A stretch of DNA of 64,000 nucleotides from Amphiscolops sp. MND2022. Lineage: Eukaryota. Position 1 is the stretch's first letter, and each line of letters begins with the position of its first letter. The position numbers and the translations under genes were made by a program. The stretch lies in contig OZ076409.1 of assembly GCA_964187785.1 (NCBI GenBank), positions 17,052,001-17,116,000 on the forward strand, read 5' to 3'. Positions 50,701 through 64,000 of the stretch are shown piece after piece. The notes under the pieces are model-generated. The model was not told the DNA's origin. It did no database searches and saw only the letters and a list, made by a program, of their open reading frames with translations.

Positions 50701-53700
50701 CGGCCCGCTGAAAACTAGTTTCGGAATGCTCAAGTTGTTTATTCGAGCCCAATGGGCATGGTTTTTGTTTAAAAAAGGCCCATAGGAATTGAAAAACTGC
50801 GAGGTTCTGACTTTTTACTTTGAAAACTGGTCAAAAGTATCCAGATGATAAATCAATTCTGGAGAATAACATCTTGCTTCTAGGCGAAACAAAGACATCA
50901 TTGATTCTCGGTAAGGGCCACAATGTTTGCACATTTAGCTTGCTCAATCTTTTGTAGTCGACCGCCAACTGGTAAGAACCCTTTTGTAGTACTAGTACAC
51001 TAGGGACTGTCGAATCGGAATGAGTTGTTGTTACAAGATCAGCTTGTGCTAGACCTTCTACAAATTGTTCGATAGCTCTCTTTTTGTCAAACCTCAAGTT
51101 TCCAAACGCTTCTGTGAATCGTTTGGTATCGATTCAACTTGAATTGGTGTTCGAGTTGGTGTTCGAATTAGTTGGTAAAATGCAAATGGTTTGAATTTCG
51201 TGAAGAAATTTGATGTATTTTTGACAAAGCAGTCTCTCATTGCCAAGTTGCTTTTTCGTCAAACGTTTGTCTTCTGGTTTCACTTGTTTATAGAAGTCAA
51301 AACATTTGATAGTTGCAATTGTGTCGTTTTGTTTTAGAAGCCGCTGTAACTCGCCCGTATCTAATGGATCCAGCTAGCTACCCGCGGTTTCTGATAGGGC
51401 ATTAACTCAGCTTTGATTATATTGAGACGTCTGACACAGCAGGTTCCGTCGTTAACTTGATCAAAGCGTACTCAACCCATGATTCTTGTTGCTCCCGAGA
51501 ACGAATTAACTGGAGTAAAAATTCCTTGGAAAAACAATACTTGTGAACCGCTGTTGGTTTTGCATGAAACTCCAACAATCGGTTGATTTTCCTACAAAAC
51601 ATTTTCTTCTTTTTCACATACAGTAGAGAAAGTCGATTTCCTACAGAGTAGAATAAATCGTTTAAAGAAATCAATCTGGCTACCTAAAACTTGGGCTCCA
51701 ATTCTCCCAAACGATCAATAGGTTCAACATTTCTTTTTATTGGCAATGAGCAATTTGAAGAGGTTAAAATTTTTCCTTCGAAAAGTTCTATCGTTTCCAT
51801 GAAATCCAATGTCTGCAATTTTGACTACCTTATTAGAGAAATAATACTCCCATTATCAACAAAACAAAGGCAGTAGTTTTTGTTCCTTGTATTCGAAATG
51901 TTGCACATAAAGCCTGTGTGTTTATCTGAGTTATCACCTGTTATTACTTTTTTGAATATCACTTTGTTAGACGAACGTCGACCCACGACCACATTAGCTT
52001 CTGAAACTTTAGCCTCCCAACATATTATTTTAAAGAAGGGAACCTTTGCTGATAATGCCGAGAGCTAGCACAGCTGTATCAGTTTCGGTATTGTCCCGCC
52101 TGGTGACCATCTTGATCCCAGTAATAGCAGCCATCTTTATAAAACCTCACCTTTCGGTCAGTTGTTCAAACCTTCTCTCGTGAAGGGGATCTATGTTGCT
52201 TTGCAGACAACCTTCCAGGCGTAGGGGGTCTGTAGTTGCTGCATCTCTGGTTCTCAAGACCTCTTCATGGTCAACTTCTAATTGTTTTTAACTTTCTCTC
52301 GGGCTGATTCTTAACTGGTTTCCCTCATGGAATTCCTTGCGGTTGGTATTTCGCGATTCCCACGAGAGTGGCAGTGCTTTTGGTAACTGAATAATTGACT
52401 CAATTTGTTTTTGTTTTTGTCGAGTTGTAGCATTGCTACTCTGGGCTCTTTCTCCTTATCCCCAGTTCTTGTGAGATCTTCCCTACGTAATGCCGTTTCC
52501 AGAAGCCTCTTGGTGTTCATTTCTGCAAACCCATTTATTTTTCTCGTCCCCCAACGTACATGGCTACTTCTAATTCCCTCTAGCCATCTAGCCAGCCGCG
52601 CACACCTAAAGGGTCTTTAATCTTTTAGAACTCCCCCTGGTATGCTTTTATTTGCTAAGCACTGTAAATCTCCCCAAAAATCTGTAAACTTTTTCTCGGT
52701 TGTCGTACTCTTCTTGCCAGCCGAGCCCGAAACACCACTGGTTTCTCAATTTAAAGCATTCGGAAAGCCTGTTTTGACTTTTCACACTTCTTCTTTTGCG
52801 TTCATCCGTAAGCATTCAGTAAAAATTTATCGCTGACATTTCAAGACGTAGCACAAAGTTGTGCGGCCCGCTGAAAACCAGTTTCGGAATGCTCAAGTTG
52901 TTTATTCGAACCCGATGGGCATGGTTTTTGTTTAAAAAAGGCCCATAGGAATTGAAAAACTGCGAGGTTCTGACTTTTTTCTTTGAGAACTGGTCAAAAG
53001 TATCCAGATGATAAGTCAATTCTGGAGAAAAACATCTTGCTTCTAGGCGAAACAAAGACATCATTGATTCTCGGTAAGGGCCACAATGTTTGCACATTTA
53101 GCTTGCTCAATCTTTTGTAGTCGACCGCCAACTGGTAAGAACCCTTTTGTAGTACTAGTACACTAGGTACTGTCGAATCTGAATGAGTTGGTGTTACAAG
53201 ATCAGCTTGTGCTAGACCTTCTACAAATTGTTCGATAGCTCTCTTTTTGTCAAACCTCAAGTTTCCAAACGCTTCTGTGAATCGTTTGGTATCGGTTCAA
53301 CTTGAATTGGTGTTCGAGTTGGTGTTCGAATTAGTTGGTAAAATGCAAATGGTTTGAATTTCGTGAAGAAATTTGATGTATTTTTGACAAAGCAGTCTCT
53401 CATTGCCAATATGCTTTTTCGTCAAACGTTTGTCGTCTGATTTCACATGTTTATAGAAGTCAAAACATTTGATAGTTGCAAATGTGTCGTTTTGTTTTAG
53501 AAGCCGCTGTAATTCTCCCGTATCTAATGGATCCAGCTAGCTACCCGCGGTTTCTGATAGGCGATTAACTCAGCTTTGATTATATTGAGACGTCTGACAC
53601 AGCAGGTTCCGTCGTTAACTTGATCAAAGCGTACTCAATCCTTAATTCTTGTTGCTCCCGGGAACGAATTAACTGGAGTAAAAATTCCTTGGAAAAACAA

Positions 53701-56700
53701 TACTTGTGAACCGCTGTTGGTTTTGCATGAAGCTCCAACAATCGGTTGATTTTCCTACAAAACATTTTCTTCTTTTTCACATACAGTAGAGAAAGTCGAT
53801 TTCCTACAGAGAGTAGAATAAATTGTTTAAAGAAATCAATCTGGCTACCTAAAACTTGGGCTCCAATTCTCCCAAACGATCAATAGGTTCAACATTTCTT
53901 TTTATTGGCAATGAGCAATTTAAGAGTGGTCAAAATTTTTCCTTCGAAAAGTTCTATCGTTTCCATGAAATCCAATGTCTGCAATTTCGACTATCTTATT
54001 AGAGAAATAATACTCCCATTATCAACAAAACAAAGGCAGTAGTTTTTGTTTCTTGTATTCGAAATGTTGCACATAAAGCCTGTGTGTTTATCTGAGTTAT
54101 CACCTGTTATTACTTTTTTGAATATCACTTTGTTAGACGAACGTCGACCCACGACCACATTAGCTTCTGAAACTTTAGCCTCCCAACATATTATTTTAAA
54201 GAAGGGAACCTTTGCTGATAATGCCGAGAGCTAGCACAGCTGTATCAGTTTCTGTATTGTCCCGCCTGGTGACCATCTTGATCCCATTAATAGCAGCCAT
54301 CTTTATAAAACCTCACCTTTCGGTCAGTTGTTCAAACCTTCTCTCGTGAAGGGGATCTATGTTGCTTCGCAGATAACCTTCCAGGCGTAGGGGGTCTGTA
54401 GTTGCTTCATCTCTGGTTCTCAAGACCTCTTCATGGTCAACTTCTAATTGTTTTTAACTATCTCTCGGGCTGCTTCTTGACTGGTTTCCCTCATGGAATT
54501 CCTTGCGGTTGGTATTTCGCGATTCCCACGAGAGTGGCAGTGCTTTTGCTAACTGAATAATTGACTCAATTTGTTTTCGTTTTTGTCGAGTTGTAGCATT
54601 GCTACTCTGGGCTCTTTCTCCTTATCCCCAATTCTTGTGAGATCTTCCCTACGTAATGCCGTTTCCAGAAGCCTCTTGGTGTTCATTTCTGCAAACCCAT
54701 TCATTTTTCTCGTCCCACAACGTACATGGCTACTTCTAATTCCCTCTAGCTATCTAGCCAGCCGCGCACTCCCAAAGGGTCTTTAATCTTTTAGAACTCC
54801 CCCTGGTATGCTTTTATTTGCTAAGCACTGTAAATCTCCCCAAAAATCTGTTAACTTTTTCTCGGTTGTCGTACTCTTCTTGCCAGCCGAGCCCGAAACA
54901 CCACTGGTTTCTCAATTTAAAGCATTCGGAAAGCCTGTTTTGACTTTTCACACTTCTTCTTTTGCGTTCATCCGTAAGCATTCAGTAAAAATTTATCGCT
55001 GACATTTCAAGAGGTAGCACAAAGTTGTGCGGCCCGCTGAAAACCAGTTTCGGAATGCTCAAGTTGTTTATTCGAGCCCGATGGGCATGGTTTTTGTTTA
55101 AAAAAGGCCCATAAGAATTGAAAAACTGCGAGGTTCTGACTTTTTTTTGAGAACTGGTCAAAAGTATCCAGATGATAAGTCAATTCTGGAGAAAAACATC
55201 TTGCTTCTAGGCGAAACAAAGACATCATTGATTCTCGGTAAGGGCCACAATGTTTTCACATTTAGCTTGCTCAATCTTTTGTAGTCGACCGCCAACTGGT
55301 AAGAACCCTTTTGTAGTACTAGTACACTAGGGACTGTCGAAACTGAATGAGTTGGTGTTACAAGATCAGCTTGTGCTAGACCTTCTACAATATGTTCGAT
55401 AGCTCTCTTTTTGTCAAACCTCAAGTTTCCGAACGCTTCTGTGAATCGTTTGGTATCGGTTCAACTTGAATTGGTGTTCGAGTTGGTGTTCGAATTAGTT
55501 GGTAAAATGCAAATGGTTTGATTTTCGTGAAGAAATTTGATGTATTTTTGACAAAGCAGTCTCTCATTGCCAAGTTGCTTTTTCGTCAAACGTTTGTCTT
55601 CTGGTTTCACATGTTTATAGAAGTCAAAACATTTGTTAGTTGCAATTGTGTCGTTTTGTTTTAGAAACCGCTGTAACTCGCCCGTATCTAATGGATCCAG
55701 CTAGCTACCCGCGGTTTCTGATAGACCATTAACTCAGCTTTGATTATATTGAGACGTCTGACACAGCAGGTTCCGTCGTTAACTTGATCAAAGCGTACTC
55801 AACCCATGATTCTTGTTGCTCCCGGGAACGAATTAACTGGAGTAAAAATTCCTTGGAAAAACAATACTTGTGAACCGCTGTTGGTTTTGCATGAAACTCC
55901 AACAATCGGTTGATTTTCTTACAAAACATTTTCTTCTTTTTCACATACAGTAGAGAAAGTCGATTTCCTACAGAGAGTAGAATAAATCGTTTAAAGAAAT
56001 CAATCTGGCTACCTAAAACTTGGGCTCCAATTCTCCCAAACGATCAATAGGTTCAACATTTCTTTTTATTGGCAATGAGCAATTTAGGAGAGGTTAAAAT
56101 TTTTCCTTCGAAAAGTTCTATCGTTTCCATGAAATCCAATGTCTGCAATTTTGACTACCTTATTAGAGAAATAATACTCCCATTATCAACAAAACAAAGG
56201 CAGTAGTTTTTGTTCCTTGTATTCGAAATGTTGCACATAAAGCCTGTGTGTTTATCTGAGTTATCACCTGTTATTACTTTTTTGAATATCACTTTGTTAG
56301 ACGAACGTCGACCCACGACCACATTAGCTTCTGAACCTTTAGCCTCCCAACATATTATTTTAAAGAAGGGAACCTTTGCTGATAATGCCGAGAGCTAGCA
56401 CAGCTGCATCAGTTTCTGTATTGTCCCGCCTGGTGACAATTTTGATCCCATTAATAGCAGCCATCTTTATAAAACCTCACCTTTCGGTCAGTTGTTCAAA
56501 CCTTCTCTCGTGAAGGGGATCTATGTTGCTTCGCAGATAACCTTCCAGGCGTAGGGGGTCTGTAGTTGCTTCATCTCTGGTTCTCAAGACCTCTTCATGG
56601 TCAACTTCTAATTGTTTTTAACTTTCTTTCGGGCTGCTTCTTAACTGGTTTCCCTCATGGAATTCCTTGCGGTTGGTATTTCGCGATTCCTACGAGAGTG

Positions 56701-59700
56701 GCAGTGCTTTTGCTAACTGAATAATTGACTCATTTTGTTTTCGTTTTTGTCGAGTTGTAGCATTGCTACTCTGGGCTCTTTCTCCTTATCCCCAATTCTT
56801 GTGAGATCTTCCCTACGTAATGCCGTTTCCAGAAGCCTCTTGGTGTTCATTTCTGCAAACCCATTCATTTTTCTCGTCCCCCAACGTACATGGCTACTTC
56901 TAATTCCCTCTAGCCATCTAGCCAGCCTCGCACTCCTAAAGGGTCTTTAATCTTTTAGAACTCCCCCTGGTATGCTTTTATTTGCTAAGCACTGTAAATC
57001 TCCCCAAAAATCTGTTAACTTTTTCTCGGTTGTCGTACTCTTCTTGCCAGCCGAGCCCGAAACACCACTGGTTTCTCAATTTAAAGCAATCGGAAAGCCT
57101 GTTTTGACTTTTCACACTTCTTCTTTTGCGTTCATCCGTATGCATTCAGTAAAAATTTATCGCTGACATTTCAAGAGGTAGCACAAAGTTGTGCGGCCCG
57201 CTGAAAACCAGTTTCGGAATGCTCAAGTTGTTTATTCGAGCCCGATGGGCATGGTTTTTGTTTAAAAAAGGCCCATAGGAATTGAAAAACTGCGAGGTTC
57301 TGTCTTTTTTCTTTGAGAACTGGTCAAAAGTATCCAGATGATAAGTCAATTCAGGAGAAAAACATCTTGCTTCTAGGCGAAACAAAGACATCATTGATTC
57401 TCGGTAAGGGCCACAATGTTTGCACATTTAGCTTGCTCAATCTTTTGTAGTCGACCGCCGACTGGTCAGAACCCTTTTGTAGTACTAGTACACTAGGGAC
57501 TGTCGAATCTGAATGAGTTGGTGTTACAAGATCAGCTTGTGCTAGACCTTCTACAAATTGTTCGATAGCTCTCTTTTTGTCAAACCTCAAGTTTCCAAAC
57601 GCTTCTGTGAATCGTTTGGTATCGGGTCAACTTGAATTGGTGTTCGAGTTGGTGTTCGAATTAGTTGGTAAAATGCAAATGGTTTGAATTTTGTGAAGAA
57701 ATTTGATGTATTTTTGACAAAGCAGTCTCTCATTGCCAAGTTGCTTTTTCGTCAAATGTTTGTCTTCTGGTTTCACATGTTTATAGAAACATTTGATAGT
57801 TGCAATTGTGTCTTTTTTGTTTTAGAAGCCGCTGTAACTCGCCCGTATCTAATGGATCCAGCATAGCTACCCGCGGTTTCTGATAGACCATTAACTCAGC
57901 TTTGATTATATTGAGACGTCTGACACAGCTGGTTCCGTCGTTAACTTGATCAAAGCGTACTCAACCCATGATTCTTGTTGCTCCCGGGAACGAATTAACT
58001 GGAGTAAAAATTCTTTGGAGAAACAATACTTTTTAACCGCTGTTGGTTTTGCATGAAACTCCAACAATCGGTTGATTTTCTTACAAAACATTTTCTTCTT
58101 TTTCACATACAGTAGAGAAAGTCGATTTCCTACAGAGAGTAGAATAAATCGTTTAAAGAAATCAATCTGGCTACCTAAAACTTGGGCTCCAATTCTCCCA
58201 AACGATCAATAGGTTCAACATTTCTTTTTATTGGCAATGAGCAATTTAGGAGAGGTTAAAATTTTTCCTTCGAAAAGTTCTATCGTTTCCATGAAATCCA
58301 ATGTCTGCAATTTTGACTACCTTATTAGAGAAATAATACTCCCGTTATCAACAAAACAAAGGCAGTAGTTTTTGTTCCTTGTATTCGAAATGTTGCACAT
58401 AAAGCCTGTGTGTTTATCTGAGTTATCACCTGTTATTACTTTTTTGAATATCACTTTGTTAGACGAACGTCGACCCACGACCACATTAGCTTCTGAACCT
58501 TTAGCCTCCCAACATATTATTTTAAAGAAGGGAACCTTTGCTGATAATGCCGAGAGCTAGCACAGCTGTATCAGTTTCTGTATTGTCCCGCCTGGTGACC
58601 ATTTTGATCCCATTAATAGCAGCCATCTTTATAAAACCTCACCTTTCGGTCAGTTGTTCAAACCTTCTCTCGTGAAGGGGATCTATGTTGCTTCGCAGAT
58701 AACCTTCCAGGCGTAGGGGGTCTGTAGTTGCTTCATCTCTGGTTCTCAAGACCTCTTCATGGTCAACTTCTAATTGTTTTTAACTTTCTTTCGGGCTGCT
58801 TCTTAACTGGTTTCCCTCATGGAATTCCTTGCGGTTGGTATTTCGCGATTCCCACGAGAGTGGCAGTGCTTTTGCTAACTGAATAATTGACTCAATTTGT
58901 TTTCGTTTTTGTCGAGTTGTAGCATTGCTACTCTGGGCTCTTTCTCCTTATCCCCAATTCTTGTGAGATCTTCCCTACGTAATGCTGTTTCCAGAAGCCT
59001 CTTGGTGTTCATTTCTGCAAACCCATTCATTTTTCTCGTCCCCCAACGTACATGGCTACTTCTAATTCCCTCTAGCCATCTAGCCAGCCTCGCACTCCTA
59101 AAGGGTCTTTAATCTTTTAGAACTCCCCCTGGTATGCTTTTATTTGCTAAGCACTGTAAATCTCCCCAAAAATCTGTTAACTTTTTCTCGGTTGTCGTAC
59201 TCTTCTTGCCAGCCGAGCCCGAAACACCACTGGTTTCTCAATTTAAAGCAATCGGAAAGCCTGTTTTGACTTTTCACACTTCTTCTTTTGCGTTCATCCG
59301 TATGCATTCAGTAAAAATTTATCGCTGACATTTCAAGAGGTAGCACAAAGTTGTGCGGCCCGCTGAAAACCAGTTTCGGAATGCTCAAGTTGTTTATTCG
59401 AGCCCGATGGGCATGGTTTTTGTTTAAAAAAGGCCCATAGGAATTGAAAAACTGCGAGGTTCTGACTTTTTTCTTTGAGAACTGGTCAAAAGTATCCAGA
59501 TGATAAGTCAATTCTGGAGAAAAACTTCTTGCTTCTAGGCGAAACAAAGACATCATTGATTCTCGGTAAGGGCCACAATGTTTGCACGATTAGCTTGCTC
59601 AATCTTTTGTAGTCGACCGCCGACTGGTCAGAACCCTTTTGTAGTACTAGTACACTAGGGACTGTCGAATCTGAATGAGTTGGTGTTACAAGATCAGCTT

Positions 59701-62700
59701 GTGCTAGACCTTCTACAAATTGTTCGATAGCTCTCTTTTTGTCAAACCTCAAGTTTCCAAACGCTTCTGTGAATCGTTTGGTATCGGTTCAACTTGAATT
59801 GGTGTTCGAGTTGGTGTTCGAATTAGTTGGTAAAATGCAAATGGTTTGAATTTCGTGAAGAAATTTGATGTATTTTTGACAAAGCAGTCTCTCATTGCCA
59901 AGTTGCTTTTTCGTCAAATGTTTGTCTTCTGGTTTCACATGTTTATAGAAACAATTGATAGTTGCAATTGTGTCTTTTTTGTTTTAGAAGCTGCTGTAAC
60001 TCGCCCGTATCTAATGGATCCAGCATAGCTACCCGCGGTTTCTGATAGACCATTAACTCAGCTTTGATTATATTGAGACGTCTGACACAGCAGGTTCCGT
60101 CGTTAACTTGATCAAAGCGTACTCAACCCATGATTCTTGTTGCTCCCGGGAACGAATTAACTGGAGTAAAAATTCCTTGGAAAAACAATACTTGTGAACC
60201 GCTGTTGGTTTTGCATGAAACTCCAACAATCGGTTGATTTTCTTACAAAACATTTTCTTCTTTTTCACATACAGTAGAGAAAGTCGATTTCCTACAGAGA
60301 GTAGAATAAATCGTTTAAAGAAATCAATCTGGCTACCTAAAACTTGGGCTCCAATTCTCCCAAACGATCAATAGGTTCAACATTTCTTTTTATTGGCAAT
60401 GAGCAATTTAGGAGAGGTTAAAATTTTTCCTTCGAAAAGTTCTATCGTTTCCATGAAATCCAATGTCTGCAATTTTGACTACCTTATTAGAGAAATAATA
60501 CTCCCGTTATCAACAAAACAAAGGCAGTAGTTTTTGTTCCTTGTATTCGAAATGTTGCACATAAAGCCTGTGTGTTTATCTGAGTTATCACCTGTTATTA
60601 CTTTTTTGAATATCACTTTGTTAGACGAACGTCGACCCACGACCACATTAGCTTCTGAACCTTTAGCCTCCCAACATATTATTTTAAAGAAGGGAACCTT
60701 TGCTGATAATGCCGAGAGCTAGCACAGCTGTATCAGTTTCTGTATTGTCCCGCCTGGTGACCATTTTGATCCCATTAATAGCAGCCATCTTTATAAAACC
60801 TCACCTTTCGGTCAGTTGTTCAAACCTTCTCTCGTGAAGGGGATCTATGTTGCTTCGCAGATAACCTTCCAGGCGTAGGGGGTCTGTAGTTGCTTCATCT
60901 CTGGTTCTCAAGACCTCTTCATGGTCAACTTCTAATTGTTTTTAACTTTCTTTCGGGCTGCTTCTTAACTGGTTTCCCTCATGGAATTCCTTGCGGTTGG
61001 TATTTCGCGATTCCCACGAGAGTGGCAGTGCTTTTGCTAACTGAATAATTGACTCAATTTGTTTTCGTTTTTGTCGAGTTGTAGCATTGCTACTCTGGGC
61101 TCTTTCTCCTTATCCCCAATTCTTGTGAGATCTTCCCTACGTAATGCTGTTTCCAGAAGCCTCTTGGTGTTCATTTCTGCAAACCCATTCATTTTTCTCG
61201 TCCCCCAACGTACATGGCTACTTCTAATTCCCTCTAGCCATCTAGCCAGCCTCGCACTCCTAAAGGGTCTTTAATCTTTTAGAACTCCCCCTGGTATGCT
61301 TTTATTTGCTAAGCACTGTAAATCTCCCCAAAAATCTGTTAACTTTTTCTCGGTTGTCGTACTCTTCTTGCCAGCCGAGCCCGAAACACCACTGGTTTCT
61401 CAATTTAAAGCAATCGGAAAGCCTGTTTTGACTTTTCACACTTCTTCTTTTGCGTTCATCCGTATGCATTCAGTAAAAATTTATCGCTGACATTTCAAGA
61501 GGTAGCACAAAGTTGTGCGGCCCGCTGAAAACCAGTTTCGGAATGCTCAAGTTGTTTATTCGAGCCCGATGGGCATGGTTTTCGTTTAAAAAAGGCCCAT
61601 AGGAATTGAAAAACTGCGAGGTTCTGACTTTTTTCTTTGAGAACTGGTCAAAAGTATCCAGATGATAGGTCAATTCTGGAGAAAAACATCTTGCTTCTAG
61701 GCGAAACAAAGACATCATTGATTCTAGGTAAGGGCCACAATGTTTGCACGATTAGCTTGCTCAATCTTTTGTAGTCGACCGCCGACTGGTCAGAACCCTT
61801 TTGTAGTACTAGTACACTAGGGACTATCGAATCTGAATGAGTTGGTGTTACAAGATCAGCTTGTGCTAGACCTTCTACAAATTGTTCGATAGCTCTCTTT
61901 TTGTCAAACCTCAAGTTTCCAAACGCTTCTGTGAATCGTTTGGTATCGGTTCAACTTGAATTGGTGTTCGAGTTGGTGTTCGAATTAGTTGGTAAAATGC
62001 AAATGGTTTGAATTTCGTGAAGAAATTTGATGTATTTTTGACAAAGCAGTCTCTCATTGCCAAGTTGCTTTTTCGTCAAATGTTTGTCTTCTGGTTTCAC
62101 ATGTTTATAGAAACATTTGATAGTTGCAATTGTGTCTTTTTTGTTTTAGAAGACGCTGTAACTCGCCCGTATCTAATGGATCCAGCATAGCTACCCGCGG
62201 TTTCTGATAGACCATTAACTCAGCTTTGATTATATTGAGACGTCTGACACAGCAGGTTCCGTCGTTAACTTGATCAGAGCGTGCTCAACCCATGATTTTT
62301 GTTGCTCCCGGGAACGAATTATCTGGAGTAAAAATTCCTTGGAAAGACAATACTTGTGACCGCTGTTGGTTTTGCATGAAACTCCAACAATCAGTTGATT
62401 TTCCCACAAAACATTTTCTTCTTTTTCACATACAGTAGAGAAAGTCGATTTCCTACAGAGAGTAGAATAAATCGTTTAAAGAAATCAATCTGGCCACCTA
62501 TAACTTGGGCTCCAATTCTCCCAAATGATCAATAGGTTAAACATTTCTTTTTATTGGCAATGAGCAATTTAGGAGCGGTTAAACTTTTTCCTTTGAATAG
62601 TTCTATCGTTCCCGTGAAATCCAATGTCTGCAATTTTGACTACCTTATTAGAGAAATATTACTCCCATTATCAACAAAACAAAGGCAGTAGTTTTTCTTC

Positions 62701-64000
62701 CTTGTATCCGAAATGTTGCACACAAAGCCTGTGTGTTTATCTGAGTTATCACCTGTTATTTCCTTTTTGAATATCACTTTGTTAGACGAACATCGAGCCA
62801 CGACCACATTAGCTTCTGAAATTTTAGCCTCCTAACATATTATTTTAAAGAAGGGAACCTTTGCTGATAATGCCGAGAGCTCGCACAGCTGTATCAGTTT
62901 CTACATTGTCCCGCCTGGTGACATTCCTGATCCCATTAATAGCAGCCATCTTTATAAAACCTCACCTTTTGATCAGTTGTTCATACCTTCTTTCGTGAAA
63001 GGGATCTATGTTGCTTCGCAGATAACCTTCCAGGCGTAGGGGGTCTGTAGTTGCTTCATCTCTGGTTCTCAAGACCTCTTCCTGGTCAACTTCTAGTTCT
63101 TTTTTACTTTCTCTCGAGCTGCTTCCTAACTGGTTTCCCTCATGGAATTCCTTGCGGTTGGTATTTCGCGATTCCCACGAGAGTGGCAGTGCTTTTGCTA
63201 ACTGAATAATTGACTCAATTTGTTTTCGTTTTTGTCGAGTTGTAGCATTGCTACTCTGGGCTCTTTCTCCTTATCCCCAATTCTTGTGAGATCTTCCCTA
63301 CGTAATGCTGTTTCCAGAAGCCTCTTGGTGTTCACTTCTGCAAACCCATTCATTTTTCTCGTCCCCCAACGTACATGGCTATTTCTAGTTCCCTCTAGCC
63401 AGCCGCGCACTCCAAAAGGGTCTTTAATCTTTAAGAACTCCCGGTGGCATGCTTTTATTTGCTAAGCACTGTAAATCTCCCCAAAAATCTGTTAACTTTT
63501 TCTCGGTTGTCGTACTCTTCTTGCCAGCCGAGCCCGAAACACCACTGGTTTCTCGATTTAAAGCATTCGGAAAGCCTGTTTTGTCTTTTCACACTTCCTC
63601 GTTTGCGTTCATCCGTTAGCATTCAGTAAAAATTTATCGCTGACATTTCAAGAAGTAGCACAAAGTTTTCAGGCCTATCAAACTACATCCACTTCGTTTT
63701 CTTCGAGATTCACTGTTCCACCCCAGTTATGGATATTAGTTAACAGTTCAGAACGGGTTATGTAGCTTTCAATGTCATTGTAGCGAGTGAATAAGTCGAG
63801 TAATAACATTTTGTATTTACCCGTAGCTATCTTAGTATCAACACGATGGTTTAGTTGTTCTTGTTGTGTTACTTTCTTTTTTGGGCTTTCAACTAGCTCG
63901 ACGAGAATGACTCACTAACAAGAGCTAGTTGATTTTTATGGAATCAATGAAACCCAGTGATATTTCTTTCGAGAAAGAAGTTCAATAAACTTTTATTGTT
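41780..64000 (-). mobile_element. Decayed Ty3/Gypsy LTR retrotransposon internal region (gag-PR-RT-RNaseH-integrase order)
   Basis: RT motifs VDYKRL, WPLPRINDV and FSRIDLSSGY; RNase H motifs YTLTTDAL and DHKAL (~43.6-43.8 kb); integrase motifs GVDKTYQR..ERCFWPG...C..C, ISLDVVG and HSDKG (42.7-43.1 kb); C-terminal RRLRSVPKRF. LTRs not identified. Confidence 0.9.
44211..63675 (-). repeat. Tandem array of nine ~2,163-bp units derived from the Gypsy gag-protease-5'RT segment
   Basis: Unit start GGCCCGCTGAAAA at 44211, 46374, 48538, 50702, 52865, 55031, 57195, 59357 and 61519; the array exits at ~63672. The same small ORFs recur with this period in the ORF track. Confidence 0.98.

Noticed and set aside
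44388..63629. Repeated short ORFs in the array as a tandem multigene family
   Set aside because: They are frameshifted Gypsy pol/gag fragments or their antisense shadows, mostly with non-ATG starts.

Overview
Eukaryotic (metazoan-like, AT-rich, spliceosomal introns) genomic DNA that is almost entirely transposon-derived; nothing here looks prokaryotic, and most ORF-track entries are noise or decayed TE fragments. The one clear host gene is the 5' part of an anoctamin/TMEM16-family gene on the minus strand. It has four phase-0 coding exons (21326-21186, 19132-18749, 12987-12886, 4254-4036) and continues off the left edge. Its downstream intron holds an opposite-strand, spliced BEN-domain-like ORF (1-531) followed by tandem repeats. 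Upstream of the gene are a decayed Ty1/Copia element (23.6-28.1 kb) and three decayed CRE-like RLE non-LTR retrotransposons (28.5-38.6 kb) carrying nested MITEs. These are followed by a decayed Ty3/Gypsy element (41.8 kb to the end) whose gag-protease-5'RT segment is amplified into nine ~2,163-bp tandem units (44.2-63.7 kb). The most unusual observations are: (1) this Gypsy-internal macrosatellite; (2) one GC-rich ~200-bp structured module found inside four different TIR elements; (3) a CCA-containing tRNA-Asn 3'-half copy with a 16-bp flanking duplication at the Copia 5' end; (4) a box C/D-like 50-nt motif at the 3' end of all three CRE-like copies. All alignments were done by eye, so family assignments rest on recalled motifs, not database searches.
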